63,430 nucleotides of DNA from an uncultured Bacilli bacterium (GCA_944351765.1 CALVPR010000002.1:1-63430); one strand, 5' to 3'. Shown: positions 1-9,967, counted from the first letter of the stretch. The notes: generated by a model from the letters alone, not told the origin. A program made the numbers and translations.

Positions 1-116
1 TTTTATGGAGTAAAATCCTTATAAAATATAGGTAAAAAGCATATTTTATATCCAAAAGTGTCAAACTCAAGATTATACCATATATGTTAAAAAATTTACA
101 TAAAGTTACTTTCTAG

Positions 117-142
117 TTAAAAAAGATACCAGTTAAGGTATC
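117..142 (-). terminator. rho-independent terminator after the activase-type ATPase gene
   Basis: Stem gatacc (125-130) / ggtatc (137-142) with a 6-nt loop. On the minus strand it is followed by a T-run (A-run 117-124 on plus), directly after the stop at 143. Confidence 0.5.
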
Positions 143-1096
143 CTATACTCTTTGTCTAACTTCTCCTTTTTCACATCTATTTCCCCATGCATCGATAATT
201 CTATTATCTCTACTTACACATATTATTTCACAGTTATTCGCACATCTATGACATTCTATTCCCCTTGTTTCAAAAGATACATCTTCTATATCGAATGAGA
301 AATTAATTTCATCTTCTTTTTTAGATAGAATAGCTACTCCTAGAGCACCCATTAAATGAGAATTAGGGTCCACTATTATTTTTTCTCCGGTTACTTCTTC
401 AAATGCCGCAATTACTCCAACATTCTTACTTACTCCACCTTGGAATACTATTGGTGTTCTAATTTTTTTCCCTTTACCAACATTATTTAAATAGTTAGTA
501 ACTACTGCTTTACAAAGGCCTGCAATTATATCTTCTTTTTTATGACCTATTTGAGCTTTATGAACTAAATCAGATTCTGCAAAGACGGTACATCTTGCTG
601 CTATTCTAGTAGGATTCTTACTAGTTAATGCTATTTTACCAAAGTCTTCAACCGCTACTCCTAGTCTTCTTGCTTGGCTAGATAAAAATGATCCTGTTCC
701 GGCTGCACATAAAGTATTCATTGCATAATCAGTAACTACACCATCATCTAATATAATAATTTTAGAGTCTTGACCTCCTATTTCAAATATTGTTTTAACA
801 TCAGGATACAATGATGTTGTACCTATTGCATGAGCAGTTATTTCATTTTTAATAATACTGGCTCCAAGTATTGTTCCTATTAATTTTCTAGCACTACCAG
901 TAGTACCTACTCCCACTACTTTATATTCATTTATATTTAAATTATTTTTTAAACTTTTTATTAATTTTTTTACTGCCCCAATGGGATCTCCTTCAGTTCT
1001 TAAATAATCACTTGCTAAAATATTATTATCCCCATCTATTACTACTCCTTTAGTAGAAATACTACCAATATCGACTCCTAAATATGCTTTTTTCAT
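143..1096 (-). CDS. BadF/BadG/BcrA/BcrD-type ATPase (2-hydroxyacyl-CoA dehydratase activase-like)
   Basis: 317-aa ORF with ASKHA-type phosphate motifs GVDIGSISTKGV, FEIGGQDSK and CAAGTGSF. Cys-rich tail CHRCANNCEIIC. Confidence 0.65.
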   Translation of the reverse strand: MKKAYLGVDIGSISTKGVVIDGDNNILASDYLRTEGDPIGAVKKLIKSLKNNLNINEYKVVGVGTTGSARKLIGTILGASIIKNEITAHAIGTTSLYPDVKTIFEIGGQDSKIIILDDGVVTDYAMNTLCAAGTGSFLSSQARRLGVAVEDFGKIALTSKNPTRIAARCTVFAESDLVHKAQIGHKKEDIIAGLCKAVVTNYLNNVGKGKKIRTPIVFQGGVSKNVGVIAAFEEVTGEKIIVDPNSHLMGALGVAILSKKEDEINFSFDIEDVSFETRGIECHRCANNCEIICVSRDNRIIDAWGNRCEKGEVRQRV

Positions 1097-1169
1097 ATTT
1101 TCCCTTCTTTCAACTAATTTTATGTAAATACATTCATATTATAACAATCATATTTAGAAAAATTTGTCG

Positions 1170-1196
1170 AAAAAAAAGCGACCTTCAAAGTCGCTT
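1170..1196 (-). terminator. rho-independent terminator (minus strand)
   Basis: Stem aagcgac (1176-1182) / gtcgctt (1190-1196). On the minus strand it is followed by T8 (A-run 1170-1177 on plus). Confidence 0.55.
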
Positions 1197-1362
1197 ACCT
1201 ATAAGTATAGGCTATTAATATTTATAAGGAGATCATAGTATTACTTTAAAATATATTATCGTTAGTTCACAGTAAAACTAGATTAATAATATTAATAGTC
1301 TGTGAATTAGAATACACATAAGTAACACTATAAATTGTGTATTCTTTATTATTATATCTAAT

Positions 1363-2169
1363 TTAATCAGAATTATTATATTTAGTAGCATTTATTGCCA
1401 TACCTAATACAAAAACATAACATAAAACATACATCCATATCATTAACATAATAATTGTTGATAAATTTCCATATAGAATATCATATTTAGCAAAATTAGT
1501 TACATAATATGAAAATATACCTGTACTAATTACCCATATTACTGTTGTAAAGAACGCCCCATAAGTTGTTTCATTACTAGGTATTTGTTTACTTGGAGAT
1601 ATTGCATAAATTAATTTTATATTAAAGTAAATTATTAAAAACGATATTGGCCATTTAACTAAATCATAAATAAACATTAAACTGCCATCAAATATTTCAA
1701 TACTTTCTAAAAGGTCTAAAATTTGTCCTCCTAGTATTGGAACTAATAACAAGAAGAAAAGTAATATTACTATTATTATTAGAATTAATACTGATTTTAT
1801 GCGATCTTTTAACATATCATTTTCTTCTACTTTATATAAAGTATTAGATGCTGTTATTATAGAATACGTACCATTAGTAGCTACCGCAAATGCTACAATG
1901 TTAAATATTCCAATATTACTATCAAATCCCTTACCAGAAATTAACGCTATTATTGTATCTGATACTTGATTAGGGAAAATATCTTTAACTAAATCTGCTA
2001 CTAAATCTATTGAAATAGAAAAGCATGAAGCTATCAAAATAATAATCGTTAAAAGAGGTATTAAAGCAAGTACAAAATAGAAAGCCATATTACCTGGTAA
2101 TATATTCATTTCTGGTTTTCGTAAAACTTTAATTAATTTCTTTAAATAACGCTTTACTTTGTTCTTCAT
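1363..2169 (-). CDS. YihY/BrkB family membrane protein
   Basis: 268 aa and polytopic. The N-terminal segment LPGNMAFYFVLALIPLL is typical of the YihY/virulence factor BrkB family. Confidence 0.65.
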   Translation of the reverse strand: MKNKVKRYLKKLIKVLRKPEMNILPGNMAFYFVLALIPLLTIIILIASCFSISIDLVADLVKDIFPNQVSDTIIALISGKGFDSNIGIFNIVAFAVATNGTYSIITASNTLYKVEENDMLKDRIKSVLILIIIVILLFFLLLVPILGGQILDLLESIEIFDGSLMFIYDLVKWPISFLIIYFNIKLIYAISPSKQIPSNETTYGAFFTTVIWVISTGIFSYYVTNFAKYDILYGNLSTIIMLMIWMYVLCYVFVLGMAINATKYNNSD

Positions 2170-2178
2170 ACTTTCACC

Positions 2179-4218
2179 CTATTTCTTTTCTTTTTGTTCC
2201 CTCATTAAAATAGTTGCTTCATTAATTGCATCTTCAATTGTTTTAATATCATCAAGAATCATACTATAACCAATTGACGCACCATATTGATGTGGTAATT
2301 CTTTTAATTCTTTATGTATTTTTCTTGTATATGCTATTACAGCTTTTTCATCATACCCAACCATATATATTAAAAATTCATTACCATCGGTTCTTATTAT
2401 ATCAGACTTTTCAAGTTGATTATTTATAAGAATTGAAGCTGCTTTCTTTATTTCATTATCCCCTTCTTCATGGCCATAATTATCATTAATATCTTTAATA
2501 TTATTCAAGTCTATTACTATAATTGCTTGAGGATATATAACATTTTCTTCCCACTTAGGAATATTATGATTTAAATAATTTCTATTTTTTAAAGAAGTCA
2601 TGATATCTATATATTTAAGTTTGTCATCTTTTCCTAATTTTTCTTTTTTATGTTTTTTAAATGCTACCATAAGAACAATTATTCCCATAACAAAGAATAA
2701 CGCTATAATTAAGTATTTAATCAAACTCTTTAAGAAGTCCATATTACTAATAGTAGCAGTCGTATTATATTTGTATTTTATATCATTATAATTAACTGTA
2801 CCAATATAGGTTGTAAATAATTTAGCAAATGTTGTATTTTTATTAACATCTCTTATTACAAATTTAAAATCTTGATCAAGAAGTCCTGTATATAATACTT
2901 TGTATCCTAGTAACTTTTGATCTTGATAATATCTATAAGTATTAATATCTAATCCTATAACACTATTATTATCAACGCTTTTTAATAATTCATCCGTATT
3001 ATTAAATCCTTTAGTTTTAACATTATTACTACCTAAATAATCATCTAAATAAGTATTACTAACTACATATACTTCTTTATTATCTAAACTTCTAATAGAA
3101 TCTACTGTAAAAGGTTCTTTAGCAAGTATTACATATTCTTCTTTTAAAGGAGAGATTGAATATACTTTATCAATATTAGTACCATCAACATTAAAGTTTG
3201 AAAATACTAAATCTACTTCTCCATTTGATAATGCTTGTCTAAGTTCCTTAATATTACTATACTCTACCATTTTGAAGTCTACATCATAAGCATCTTCAAA
3301 ACCACTTAAATAATTAGATATAGTACCTACAAAATCATTACTTTCACTATTTTCATACGGCATATTTACTACATAACCATAAGTATAAGTACTACTGTTA
3401 TAGCTTGATTTTTCAGCATCACTTACTTCCAAATACTTGAATGTCGAAGTAAGTAAATTAGTATTATAAGATTCATCATAAAGACTTGTAAACTGTTTAT
3501 TATATTTCTTCATTATATTAAGAAGTGTTTCATTATCATTAATTGTTAAAACATATTTTTTACTTAAATCACTTACATGAAATAATATATTTAAATTATT
3601 TTTAATAATATCACCTAAATATAATGTTTTAGGAATTATTGCATAAGATAATTTTTCTTCTTTAATTGCAGTAATTATCTCTTCTTCTGTTTTATATGGT
3701 GTATACTTTACTTCTTTAGCATCCACTAAATAATAAGACATTAAAGATAGATCTTCCTCTAATACTCCTATTTCTAAATTGCTTAAATCAGATATTTTAT
3801 CAATACCAGCTGTTTTAGTACTTACTACAACATAAGTATCTTCATATAATAATATATCATTATTACTAAGCTTGGCATCACTACTTAATACTTTAAATGA
3901 TACATTTTTATAACTAGTATCACTATCATATAGATAAGATATTTTATTAAATTTAATATTATATTTTTCTGTAAAGTCATCTAAATAATCAAATGATACT
4001 CCACTTCCATTTTCCCCAAATACAGGAACATCATTATATATACTAACATCTATTACATTATTTTCATTATCTTTAATCCATTTTTTTTCAAGTAAAGAAA
4101 ATGTTGAATCATCTTTACTATAATTTAAAATGAATATAAGTAATACTACTAAAAGAATAACTCCAATTATCGTTAATATTAACGTTTTATTTGCTTTATT
4201 TTTTTCCATACTATTCAC
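2179..4218 (-). CDS. Membrane sensor with tandem solute-binding-like extracytoplasmic domains and a degenerate GGDEF domain
   Basis: 679 aa. N-terminal TM, a long extracytoplasmic region, a second TM (LIIALFFVMGIIVLMVAF), then a GGDEF fold (NDNYGHEEGD ... RTDGNEF) with DGNEF in place of GG[DE]EF. Confidence 0.6.
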   Translation of the reverse strand: MNSMEKNKANKTLILTIIGVILLVVLLIFILNYSKDDSTFSLLEKKWIKDNENNVIDVSIYNDVPVFGENGSGVSFDYLDDFTEKYNIKFNKISYLYDSDTSYKNVSFKVLSSDAKLSNNDILLYEDTYVVVSTKTAGIDKISDLSNLEIGVLEEDLSLMSYYLVDAKEVKYTPYKTEEEIITAIKEEKLSYAIIPKTLYLGDIIKNNLNILFHVSDLSKKYVLTINDNETLLNIMKKYNKQFTSLYDESYNTNLLTSTFKYLEVSDAEKSSYNSSTYTYGYVVNMPYENSESNDFVGTISNYLSGFEDAYDVDFKMVEYSNIKELRQALSNGEVDLVFSNFNVDGTNIDKVYSISPLKEEYVILAKEPFTVDSIRSLDNKEVYVVSNTYLDDYLGSNNVKTKGFNNTDELLKSVDNNSVIGLDINTYRYYQDQKLLGYKVLYTGLLDQDFKFVIRDVNKNTTFAKLFTTYIGTVNYNDIKYKYNTTATISNMDFLKSLIKYLIIALFFVMGIIVLMVAFKKHKKEKLGKDDKLKYIDIMTSLKNRNYLNHNIPKWEENVIYPQAIIVIDLNNIKDINDNYGHEEGDNEIKKAASILINNQLEKSDIIRTDGNEFLIYMVGYDEKAVIAYTRKIHKELKELPHQYGASIGYSMILDDIKTIEDAINEATILMREQKEKK

Positions 4219-4690
4219 CGTTATTTGTCCATCCTATTGATTCTTTTGATGGATGCTTATTTCCTGTAACAACATAAGGAGTATCTTCTTCTCCAGTAGA
4301 TTCTCTAGTTAAGAAATACTGAACATTATAAAAATTTAATTGTTCTTCACTAAAGCTTTCTAAAGTAGATGTTGCTATTTCTTTAGCTTTAGCTGAATCA
4401 ATATCACTATTAAATGTAAGAATTACATTAATTATTTTTCCTTGAATTCTAACACTTGCATCTTTTACTCCTTCTTTTTCTTTCATTTCTATTGTAATAG
4501 TATCTAATTCGTCATTAGTTATTTCCACTTCTTCAATTCCATCTAATCTATTTCCATATTTATTTGAAGAACCTCCAATTAATAACATTGCAAAAAAAGC
4601 AATAATAATTATTAATAAAATCAATGAGACTCCTATAGCAATTGCCAATTTCTTATGTTTTTTAATTAATTCTTTCATTATAACCTCCAC
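4211..4690 (-). CDS. Membrane-anchored hypothetical protein
   Basis: 159 aa with a single N-terminal TM. Its 3' end overlaps the start of the GGDEF gene by 8 nt, which suggests an operon. No domain recognised. Confidence 0.4.
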   Translation of the reverse strand: MEVIMKELIKKHKKLAIAIGVSLILLIIIIAFFAMLLIGGSSNKYGNRLDGIEEVEITNDELDTITIEMKEKEGVKDASVRIQGKIINVILTFNSDIDSAKAKEIATSTLESFSEEQLNFYNVQYFLTRESTGEEDTPYVVTGNKHPSKESIGWTNNGE

Positions 4691-4811
4691 TTTCTATACT
4701 AATATATTATACTATATTATTATTTAATAATCAATAATATTTTCTTATCATTTAGGTTATAGTTCGACAAAATATTACACAACTTAAATATATACTAAAT
4801 ATGGTGATAAG

Positions 4812-5282
4812 ATGAAAGAGAAAATAATAAATCAAACTAAAAAAGTAGTAATTCCTGTATTTATATCAATATTGTGTGGTGCAGTATGTGGAAAAATTGT
4901 CTATAACATATATGCTGAAAATGATACTCTTTTAGATAATAATACAATGTATTTATTACAAGCTGGAGCATATTCTAGTTATGATAATATGAGAGCAAAC
5001 ACAATGGGAAATAACTATGTATACTATGAAGATGATGGTTTGTATAAAGCAATTATTGGTATTACTTCATCATATGATAATATCGAAAAAATAAAGAATT
5101 CATATAACGGAGAAGTTATTGTTAATGAATATTATTTAAACGATGTAGAATTATCTAATAAAATATATGAACTTGATAAAAAATTAAATAAAGAAGAAAA
5201 TACCGATAACATTAGAGAAATAATTAATTCTATGCTTGAATTATATAAAAAAGAAAATATCAATTTAACAAAAGTTAATTAA
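4812..5282 (+). CDS. Membrane-anchored protein, possibly SPOR-like
   Basis: 156 aa with an N-terminal TM. LLQAGAYSSYDNMRAN...YKAIIGITSSYDNIEKI resembles a SPOR repeat. The stop codon lies inside the IS target duplication. Confidence 0.4.
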   Translation: MKEKIINQTKKVVIPVFISILCGAVCGKIVYNIYAENDTLLDNNTMYLLQAGAYSSYDNMRANTMGNNYVYYEDDGLYKAIIGITSSYDNIEKIKNSYNGEVIVNEYYLNDVELSNKIYELDKKLNKEENTDNIREIINSMLELYKKENINLTKVN

Positions 5283-5285
5283 ATA
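5271..5285. repeat. Left copy of the 15-bp target-site duplication of the IS30-family element
   Basis: aaagttaattaaata is repeated exactly at 6728-6742. Confidence 0.7.
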
Positions 5286-5475
5286 CGTGAATTTTTAGAC
5301 TAAATTCCGCTTTTTGCTTAATTATTTGATTTGTAAGACTTATTTCCGAAAAAATGTATAAAAACGGAAATAAGTTTTTAAATTTGAGGTGAAAGTTTAT
5401 GAATTTGGGCATGCTAAAATTACGGAGGTTATTTCCGTTTTTAAGACTTATTGCAGTTTGAAATGCTTTCTTGCG

Positions 5476-5513
5476 ATAAATTATTCTAACGGGTACCCGT
5501 TAGAATAATTTAT
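5476..5513. repeat. 38-bp perfect palindrome spanning the transposase stop codon
   Basis: ataaattattctaacgggt|acccgttagaataatttat forms 19-bp arms with no spacer. The stop codon (5500-5502) lies inside it. Confidence 0.8.
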
Positions 5514-6633
5514 TAAATATATCTTCATCAAATATTTTAATAAATGCTTCTCTAGGTGTATTACCATCTAAAGATCTTAATGGTTTATTAATTATTGCTT
5601 TATTAACTGTTTTTATATCATTTTTTGAATATTTATCTACAGATTTTCCCTTTGGGAAAAATAATCTAATTTGTTTATTCATATTCTCGACATTTGGTTT
5701 TTGGTTTGATACATAAGGATCACAGAAGAAGATTTTACATCTTTCTTCTCCGGTCTTTTTAGAATAACAAATACCGTCTATATCAGAAAAATTAGGATCT
5801 CTATCCGTTAAAATAACAGGAATAAGAACTTTAAATGTATCTATTCCAAGTTTTTCTTCTAAATCATCAAAGAATTCGACTACCTTAGAAGAATTTGGAT
5901 TTTTTATAATATTTAATAATGTGAATTGCAAATTAGGTAGAATAAATGTTAAAATATTATTGTTATCTGTTTTTATGGCTCCAAGGAAATCAAGTTGCCA
6001 AACATAAACACCTGGATGCTTATGTATAAAAGCAAGATAATCAAGATAAGTATGACCTGTTCTGTCAATTTTATTATTTTCAGAATATTCATACTTTTTA
6101 TTATGCTTTCTTTTCTTATAAGCAACAGCATAAGGTAAATCAATTTTCTTGGTAGTTAAATAACCTTTATTAATATATCCATATAAGGTAGAAATACTTT
6201 TTTTAATAATATCATTATTTTCAATTTTGATTTGATAAATTGATTTATTTTCATCAACACCATTTTTTATAATAGTATCTAATTATTTAAATTCTTCATC
6301 ATCTACATCAATACCACGTCTTGAATTTACTAAATTAATATCAGCTTTTTGTTGTGCTTTATTGGCATCATATTTATATTTTGTAAAAGGGCAATTGCTG
6401 TTATATTTTTTTGGACAACCAGTGCAAACATAAGGCCATCTTTGAGTCCTTTTACAATTATTTTTTAACCCTGTAGATATTTCAATTCTATTTCTTTTTA
6501 CTTCTTTTGAAATGCTCGTTGGATCTACTTGTAAACTTTTACCTATTTCTTTTAATTTGTTTTCATGAGAAATTCCAGATGAAATAACCTTTCTTTGTTC
6601 TAATGTTAAATGTTTCCATTGTTTCATTTCCAA
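5500..6633 (-). pseudogene. IS30-family DDE transposase with a single in-frame TAA (6283-6285)
   Basis: One 1134-nt frame (378 codons) joins track ORFs 6283..6633 and 5500..5931. It has an HTH N-terminus (LTLEQRKVISSG..IGKSLQVDPTSISKEVKRN) and an IS30-type C-terminal signature (FFCDPYVSNQKPNVENMNKQIRLFFPKGKS ... PLRSLDGNTPREAF). Confidence 0.75.
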
Positions 6634-6727
6634 TACCTCCTTTTTCGCAAGAAAACATCAATTTATATTATAACAAGACTTATTTCAGTTTTTTACAAAA
6701 AAGCGGAATTCCAAATTAAAATTAAGG

Positions 6728-6742
6728 AAAGTTAATTAAATA
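6728..6742. repeat. Right copy of the 15-bp target-site duplication
   Basis: aaagttaattaaata is identical to 5271-5285. Confidence 0.7.
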
Positions 6743-6754
6743 AATATAAAGTAA

Positions 6755-6783
6755 TTGACTTTTTTTTTATTTTACTATAAAAT
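6755..6783 (+). promoter_or_regulatory. Candidate sigma-A promoter for tRNA-Ser
   Basis: -35 ttgact (6755-6760), then a 17-nt spacer to taaaat (6778-6783), about 15 nt upstream of the tRNA. Confidence 0.35.
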
Positions 6784-6798
6784 TAAATATGTAGCCAT

Positions 6799-6889
6799 GG
6801 AGACGTACTCAAGAGGCTGAAGAGGCGCCCCTGCTAAGGGTGTAGACTGGGAAACTGGTGCGAGGGTTCAAATCCCTCCGTCTCCGCCA
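6799..6889 (+). tRNA. tRNA-Ser (anticodon GCU)
   Basis: Acceptor stem GGAGACG/CGTCTCC, anticodon loop CTGCTAA, long variable arm, T-arm GAGGGTTCAAATCCCTC, encoded CCA. Confidence 0.9.
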
Positions 6890-6900
6890 TTTATGTATTT

Positions 6901-6923
6901 AAGAACAAAATGTTCTTTTTTTT
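6901..6923 (+). terminator. rho-independent terminator after tRNA-Ser
   Basis: Stem aagaaca / tgttctt with a 3-nt loop, followed by a T-run. Confidence 0.6.
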
Positions 6924-6995
6924 ATTTTTATTATTATTGATTTATTGTTTTTTTTTGTGTATAATATTTAATAGAGAATAAGAAAAGAGGGTACT

Positions 6996-8234
6996 ATGAG
7001 GAAGACTTTTGATTTTACTAAAATGCCAGTCGTAGATGCTGTTAACGAAATCATAATATATGCCGCTGAAAAAGGTGCTTCAGATATTCATTTTGATCCA
7101 TTTGAAGAATACTTGAAAGTTAGAATTAGAATTGATGGTGTTTTAGATACATTAACTACCGTTCCTAATAGCGTTCGTCAAAACATTATTACAAGAATTA
7201 AAATACTTGCTGGTATGAATATTACTGAAACAAGGCTACCTCAAGATGGCGCTATAAAAACAATATTAAGAGGAATTAACTTGGATATGCGTGTATCTGC
7301 TCTACCTACTAAACGTGGTGAAAAAATAGTTATTCGTATTATGGATTATTCTATGAGTTTAAAAGGTATTGAATATCTATATTTTAGTGAGGTTAATTAT
7401 AAAAAAGTTCTAAAAATGATAAGTGCTCCTAATGGAATTATTTTGGTAACTGGTGCTACCGGTTCTGGTAAATCTACAACTGTATATTCTTTCTTACAAA
7501 GACTTAATGTTGAAGGATCTAATTTAGTTACTGTTGAAGATCCTGTTGAAATGGACATTGAAGGAATTAATCAAGTTCAAGTTAATAGTGAAATAGGGCT
7601 TGATTTCGCTACAGTACTTAGAAGTATTTTAAGACAGGACCCTAATGTTATTATGATCGGAGAAATTCGTGATAGTGAAACAGCTAAAATTGCTGTTAGA
7701 GCATCTATTACAGGACATTTAGTATTATCAACTGTTCACACTAACAACTCTTTAAACACAATCGAAAGACTTTTAGATATGGATGTTGAAAGGTACTTAC
7801 TTGCAAGTGCTCTTATGGGAATTATATCACAAACATTAGCAAGAAAATTATGTGATAAATGTAAACATCTAAGGCCTACTACACAATATGAAAAGAATTT
7901 ATTCAAATTAGTATTAGGAAGAGAAGTAAATCAAATATACGAAGCTGGAGATTGTGATGAATGTAATAACGGATTTAAAGGAAGAGTTGCTCTTCATGAA
8001 GTATTATTAATTAATCAAGATATAAGAGACGCTATTAGTGATGGAATAAGAAAAGATGAATTAAGAAAATTAGTTTACACAAAAGATGTTATCACCATGT
8101 TACAAGATGGACTATATAAAGTACTAGCAGGTTTTACAACATTTGAAGAAGTACTTAGACTTGTAGATTTAGATGAAAGCATTGATTCTGACGAAATAAA
8201 AGCGAATATAACTAGTAGTTTAAATTCAAAATAA
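6996..8234 (+). CDS. GspE/PilB-family secretion/pilus assembly ATPase (orphan)
   Basis: 412 aa. Walker A GATGSGKST, Walker B/Asp-box region, His box, tetracysteine CDKC...CDEC. No pilin, platform or prepilin peptidase genes in the window. Confidence 0.75.
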   Translation: MRKTFDFTKMPVVDAVNEIIIYAAEKGASDIHFDPFEEYLKVRIRIDGVLDTLTTVPNSVRQNIITRIKILAGMNITETRLPQDGAIKTILRGINLDMRVSALPTKRGEKIVIRIMDYSMSLKGIEYLYFSEVNYKKVLKMISAPNGIILVTGATGSGKSTTVYSFLQRLNVEGSNLVTVEDPVEMDIEGINQVQVNSEIGLDFATVLRSILRQDPNVIMIGEIRDSETAKIAVRASITGHLVLSTVHTNNSLNTIERLLDMDVERYLLASALMGIISQTLARKLCDKCKHLRPTTQYEKNLFKLVLGREVNQIYEAGDCDECNNGFKGRVALHEVLLINQDIRDAISDGIRKDELRKLVYTKDVITMLQDGLYKVLAGFTTFEEVLRLVDLDESIDSDEIKANITSSLNSK

Positions 8235-8259
8235 CCTAGGACATTTTATTTATCCTAGG
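8235..8259. terminator. Shared hairpin between convergent genes
   Basis: Stem cctagga (8235-8241) / tcctagg (8253-8259), followed by ttttc on the plus strand. Confidence 0.5.
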
Positions 8260-8564
8260 TTTTCTCTATCATTAATTTCTTTATTAAACTTACTTATCTC
8301 TTTTAAATATTCTTGATATACTTCATTATTATTTAGAACATTTACTTTTTCTTCAATTATTTTGTTTATTTCTTTATATTTAGGATTATTTTCATATTCT
8401 AAACATAATGCTTCACTTTGTAATTTATTTATTTCATTCATTAAATTACTAATATTTTCATCTTTTTTTAGTATATCCCCTATTTTACTATATTCACTAT
8501 ATAATGAAGAAGACTTAATATCATTAAATAACTTATCTATATTATTCATTATATAATTCACCAT
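8250..8564 (-). CDS. YlbF/YmcA (RicA-like) family protein
   Basis: Small helical protein directly downstream of miaB, the same order as B. subtilis ymcB(miaB)-ymcA. The likely true start is MNNIDK at 8549. Confidence 0.5.
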   Translation of the reverse strand: MVNYIMNNIDKLFNDIKSSSLYSEYSKIGDILKKDENISNLMNEINKLQSEALCLEYENNPKYKEINKIIEEKVNVLNNNEVYQEYLKEISKFNKEINDRENLG

Positions 8565-9963
8565 CTAAAGACCATGTTTTTATATCGGTAATTTTAACTT
8601 TAACTATCTTACCAATATAAGAATTATCAGCTTTAACATTAACAAGTTTCATTGTATCTGTATATCCCATTAAATATCCTTCTTTTTCAGAAAGATCTTC
8701 AATTAAAACTTCTACTACTCTATCTTTATATTTCATATTATTAGCATTTGCATATTTGTTTACAAGTTCATTAAGTCTTGCAAGTCTTTCCTTTTTCTCT
8801 TCAATACTAGTATTATCTTCCATATTATAAGCAGGAGTTCCTACTCTTTTAGAAAATATAAAAGTATATGCTAAATCATATTTTAATTTATCTACTACTT
8901 CTAAAGTATCTTTAAAGTCTTCTTCCGTCTCTCCTGGGAACCCTACAATTATATCAGTAGAAATTGCCGCATTAGGAACATTATTTTTTATTTTATTAAA
9001 TAGGATAATATATTCTTCTTTAGTATATCTTCTACCCATTAATTTTAAAATTCTACTACTACCTGATTGAATAGGTAAATGAATATATGGCATAATATTA
9101 TCATATTTTGCTATTACATCAATCATATCATCAGTAAAATCCCAAGGATGAGAAGTAATAAATCTTACTCTTGGAATACCTATTTTTGCAACATCCTCAA
9201 GTAAATTAGTCATTGTATAATTTATATTTAAGTCTTTACCATAAGCATTAACATTTTGACCTAGTAAAGTAACTTCCATATATCCATCTTTCTTTAATTC
9301 TTCTACTTCTTTTAAAATATCTTCTGGAAGTCTACTTCTTTGTTTTCCCCTAGTATAAGGAACAATACAATATGTACAAAATTTATCACAACCATACATT
9401 ATATTTACCCAAGCCTTATATTTAGAATCTCTTTTTACAGGTATTCCTTCATATACAGATCCTTCAATACTATATACTTCTATTTCCTGCTTTCTACTCT
9501 TATATAAATCACTTAAATATATTGGTAACTTATGAATATTATGAGTTCCAAATACTATATCTACCCATTTGTATTTATCTTTAATCATATTAGCAATATG
9601 TTCTTCTTGTGCCATACAACCGCAAAAAACAGTTATAATATCTTTTTTAGTTTCTCTTAAATGTTTAATTCTGCCTAACATCCCTACAACTTTGTTGTGA
9701 GCATTTTCCCTTATTGCACAAGTATTAATTACTATGATATCAGCTTCATCCATATTATCAGTTTTGGCATATTTCATATCTTCTAATATAGCACTTATAT
9801 TTTCAGAATCATGAACATTCATTTGACATCCATAAGTAATTACATGATATTTTTTATTAATTCCAATATTTTTTACATCATCAGGAATTATATAATCATC
9901 TTTAATTATTTCTATTTTATTATTTGTTCTTTTTTTTGCATCTTTTAAATTTGGAAGCATCAT
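8542..9963 (-). CDS. miaB: tRNA-i6A37 methylthiotransferase MiaB (radical SAM)
   Basis: 473 aa. N-terminal UPF0004 Cys motif (YGCQMNVHDSE), radical SAM motif CDKFCTYCIVP, C-terminal TRAM domain. Confidence 0.85.
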   Translation of the reverse strand: MMLPNLKDAKKRTNNKIEIIKDDYIIPDDVKNIGINKKYHVITYGCQMNVHDSENISAILEDMKYAKTDNMDEADIIVINTCAIRENAHNKVVGMLGRIKHLRETKKDIITVFCGCMAQEEHIANMIKDKYKWVDIVFGTHNIHKLPIYLSDLYKSRKQEIEVYSIEGSVYEGIPVKRDSKYKAWVNIMYGCDKFCTYCIVPYTRGKQRSRLPEDILKEVEELKKDGYMEVTLLGQNVNAYGKDLNINYTMTNLLEDVAKIGIPRVRFITSHPWDFTDDMIDVIAKYDNIMPYIHLPIQSGSSRILKLMGRRYTKEEYIILFNKIKNNVPNAAISTDIIVGFPGETEEDFKDTLEVVDKLKYDLAYTFIFSKRVGTPAYNMEDNTSIEEKKERLARLNELVNKYANANNMKYKDRVVEVLIEDLSEKEGYLMGYTDTMKLVNVKADNSYIGKIVKVKITDIKTWSLDGELYNE

Positions 9964-9967
9964 ACTA

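Larger units (their letters stand above)
5286..6727 (-). mobile_element. IS30-family insertion sequence (~1.44 kb), transposase inactivated
   Basis: Bounded by 15-bp direct repeats. Near-terminal inverted repeats are aaattccgctttttg (5302-5316) and caaaaaagcggaatt (6696-6710). Subterminal AAGACTTATTTC(C/A)G-type motifs occur at ~5335-5349, 5364-5378 (inverted), 5441-5456 and 6674-6688. Confidence 0.75.

Noticed and set aside
1097-1362. A riboswitch or leader in the 266-nt gap upstream of the activase gene. It contains hairpins at 1309-1345 and 1266-1307.
   Set aside because: The structures are simple AT-rich stems. I could not match any known riboswitch core, and they are more simply read as terminators of the upstream gene.
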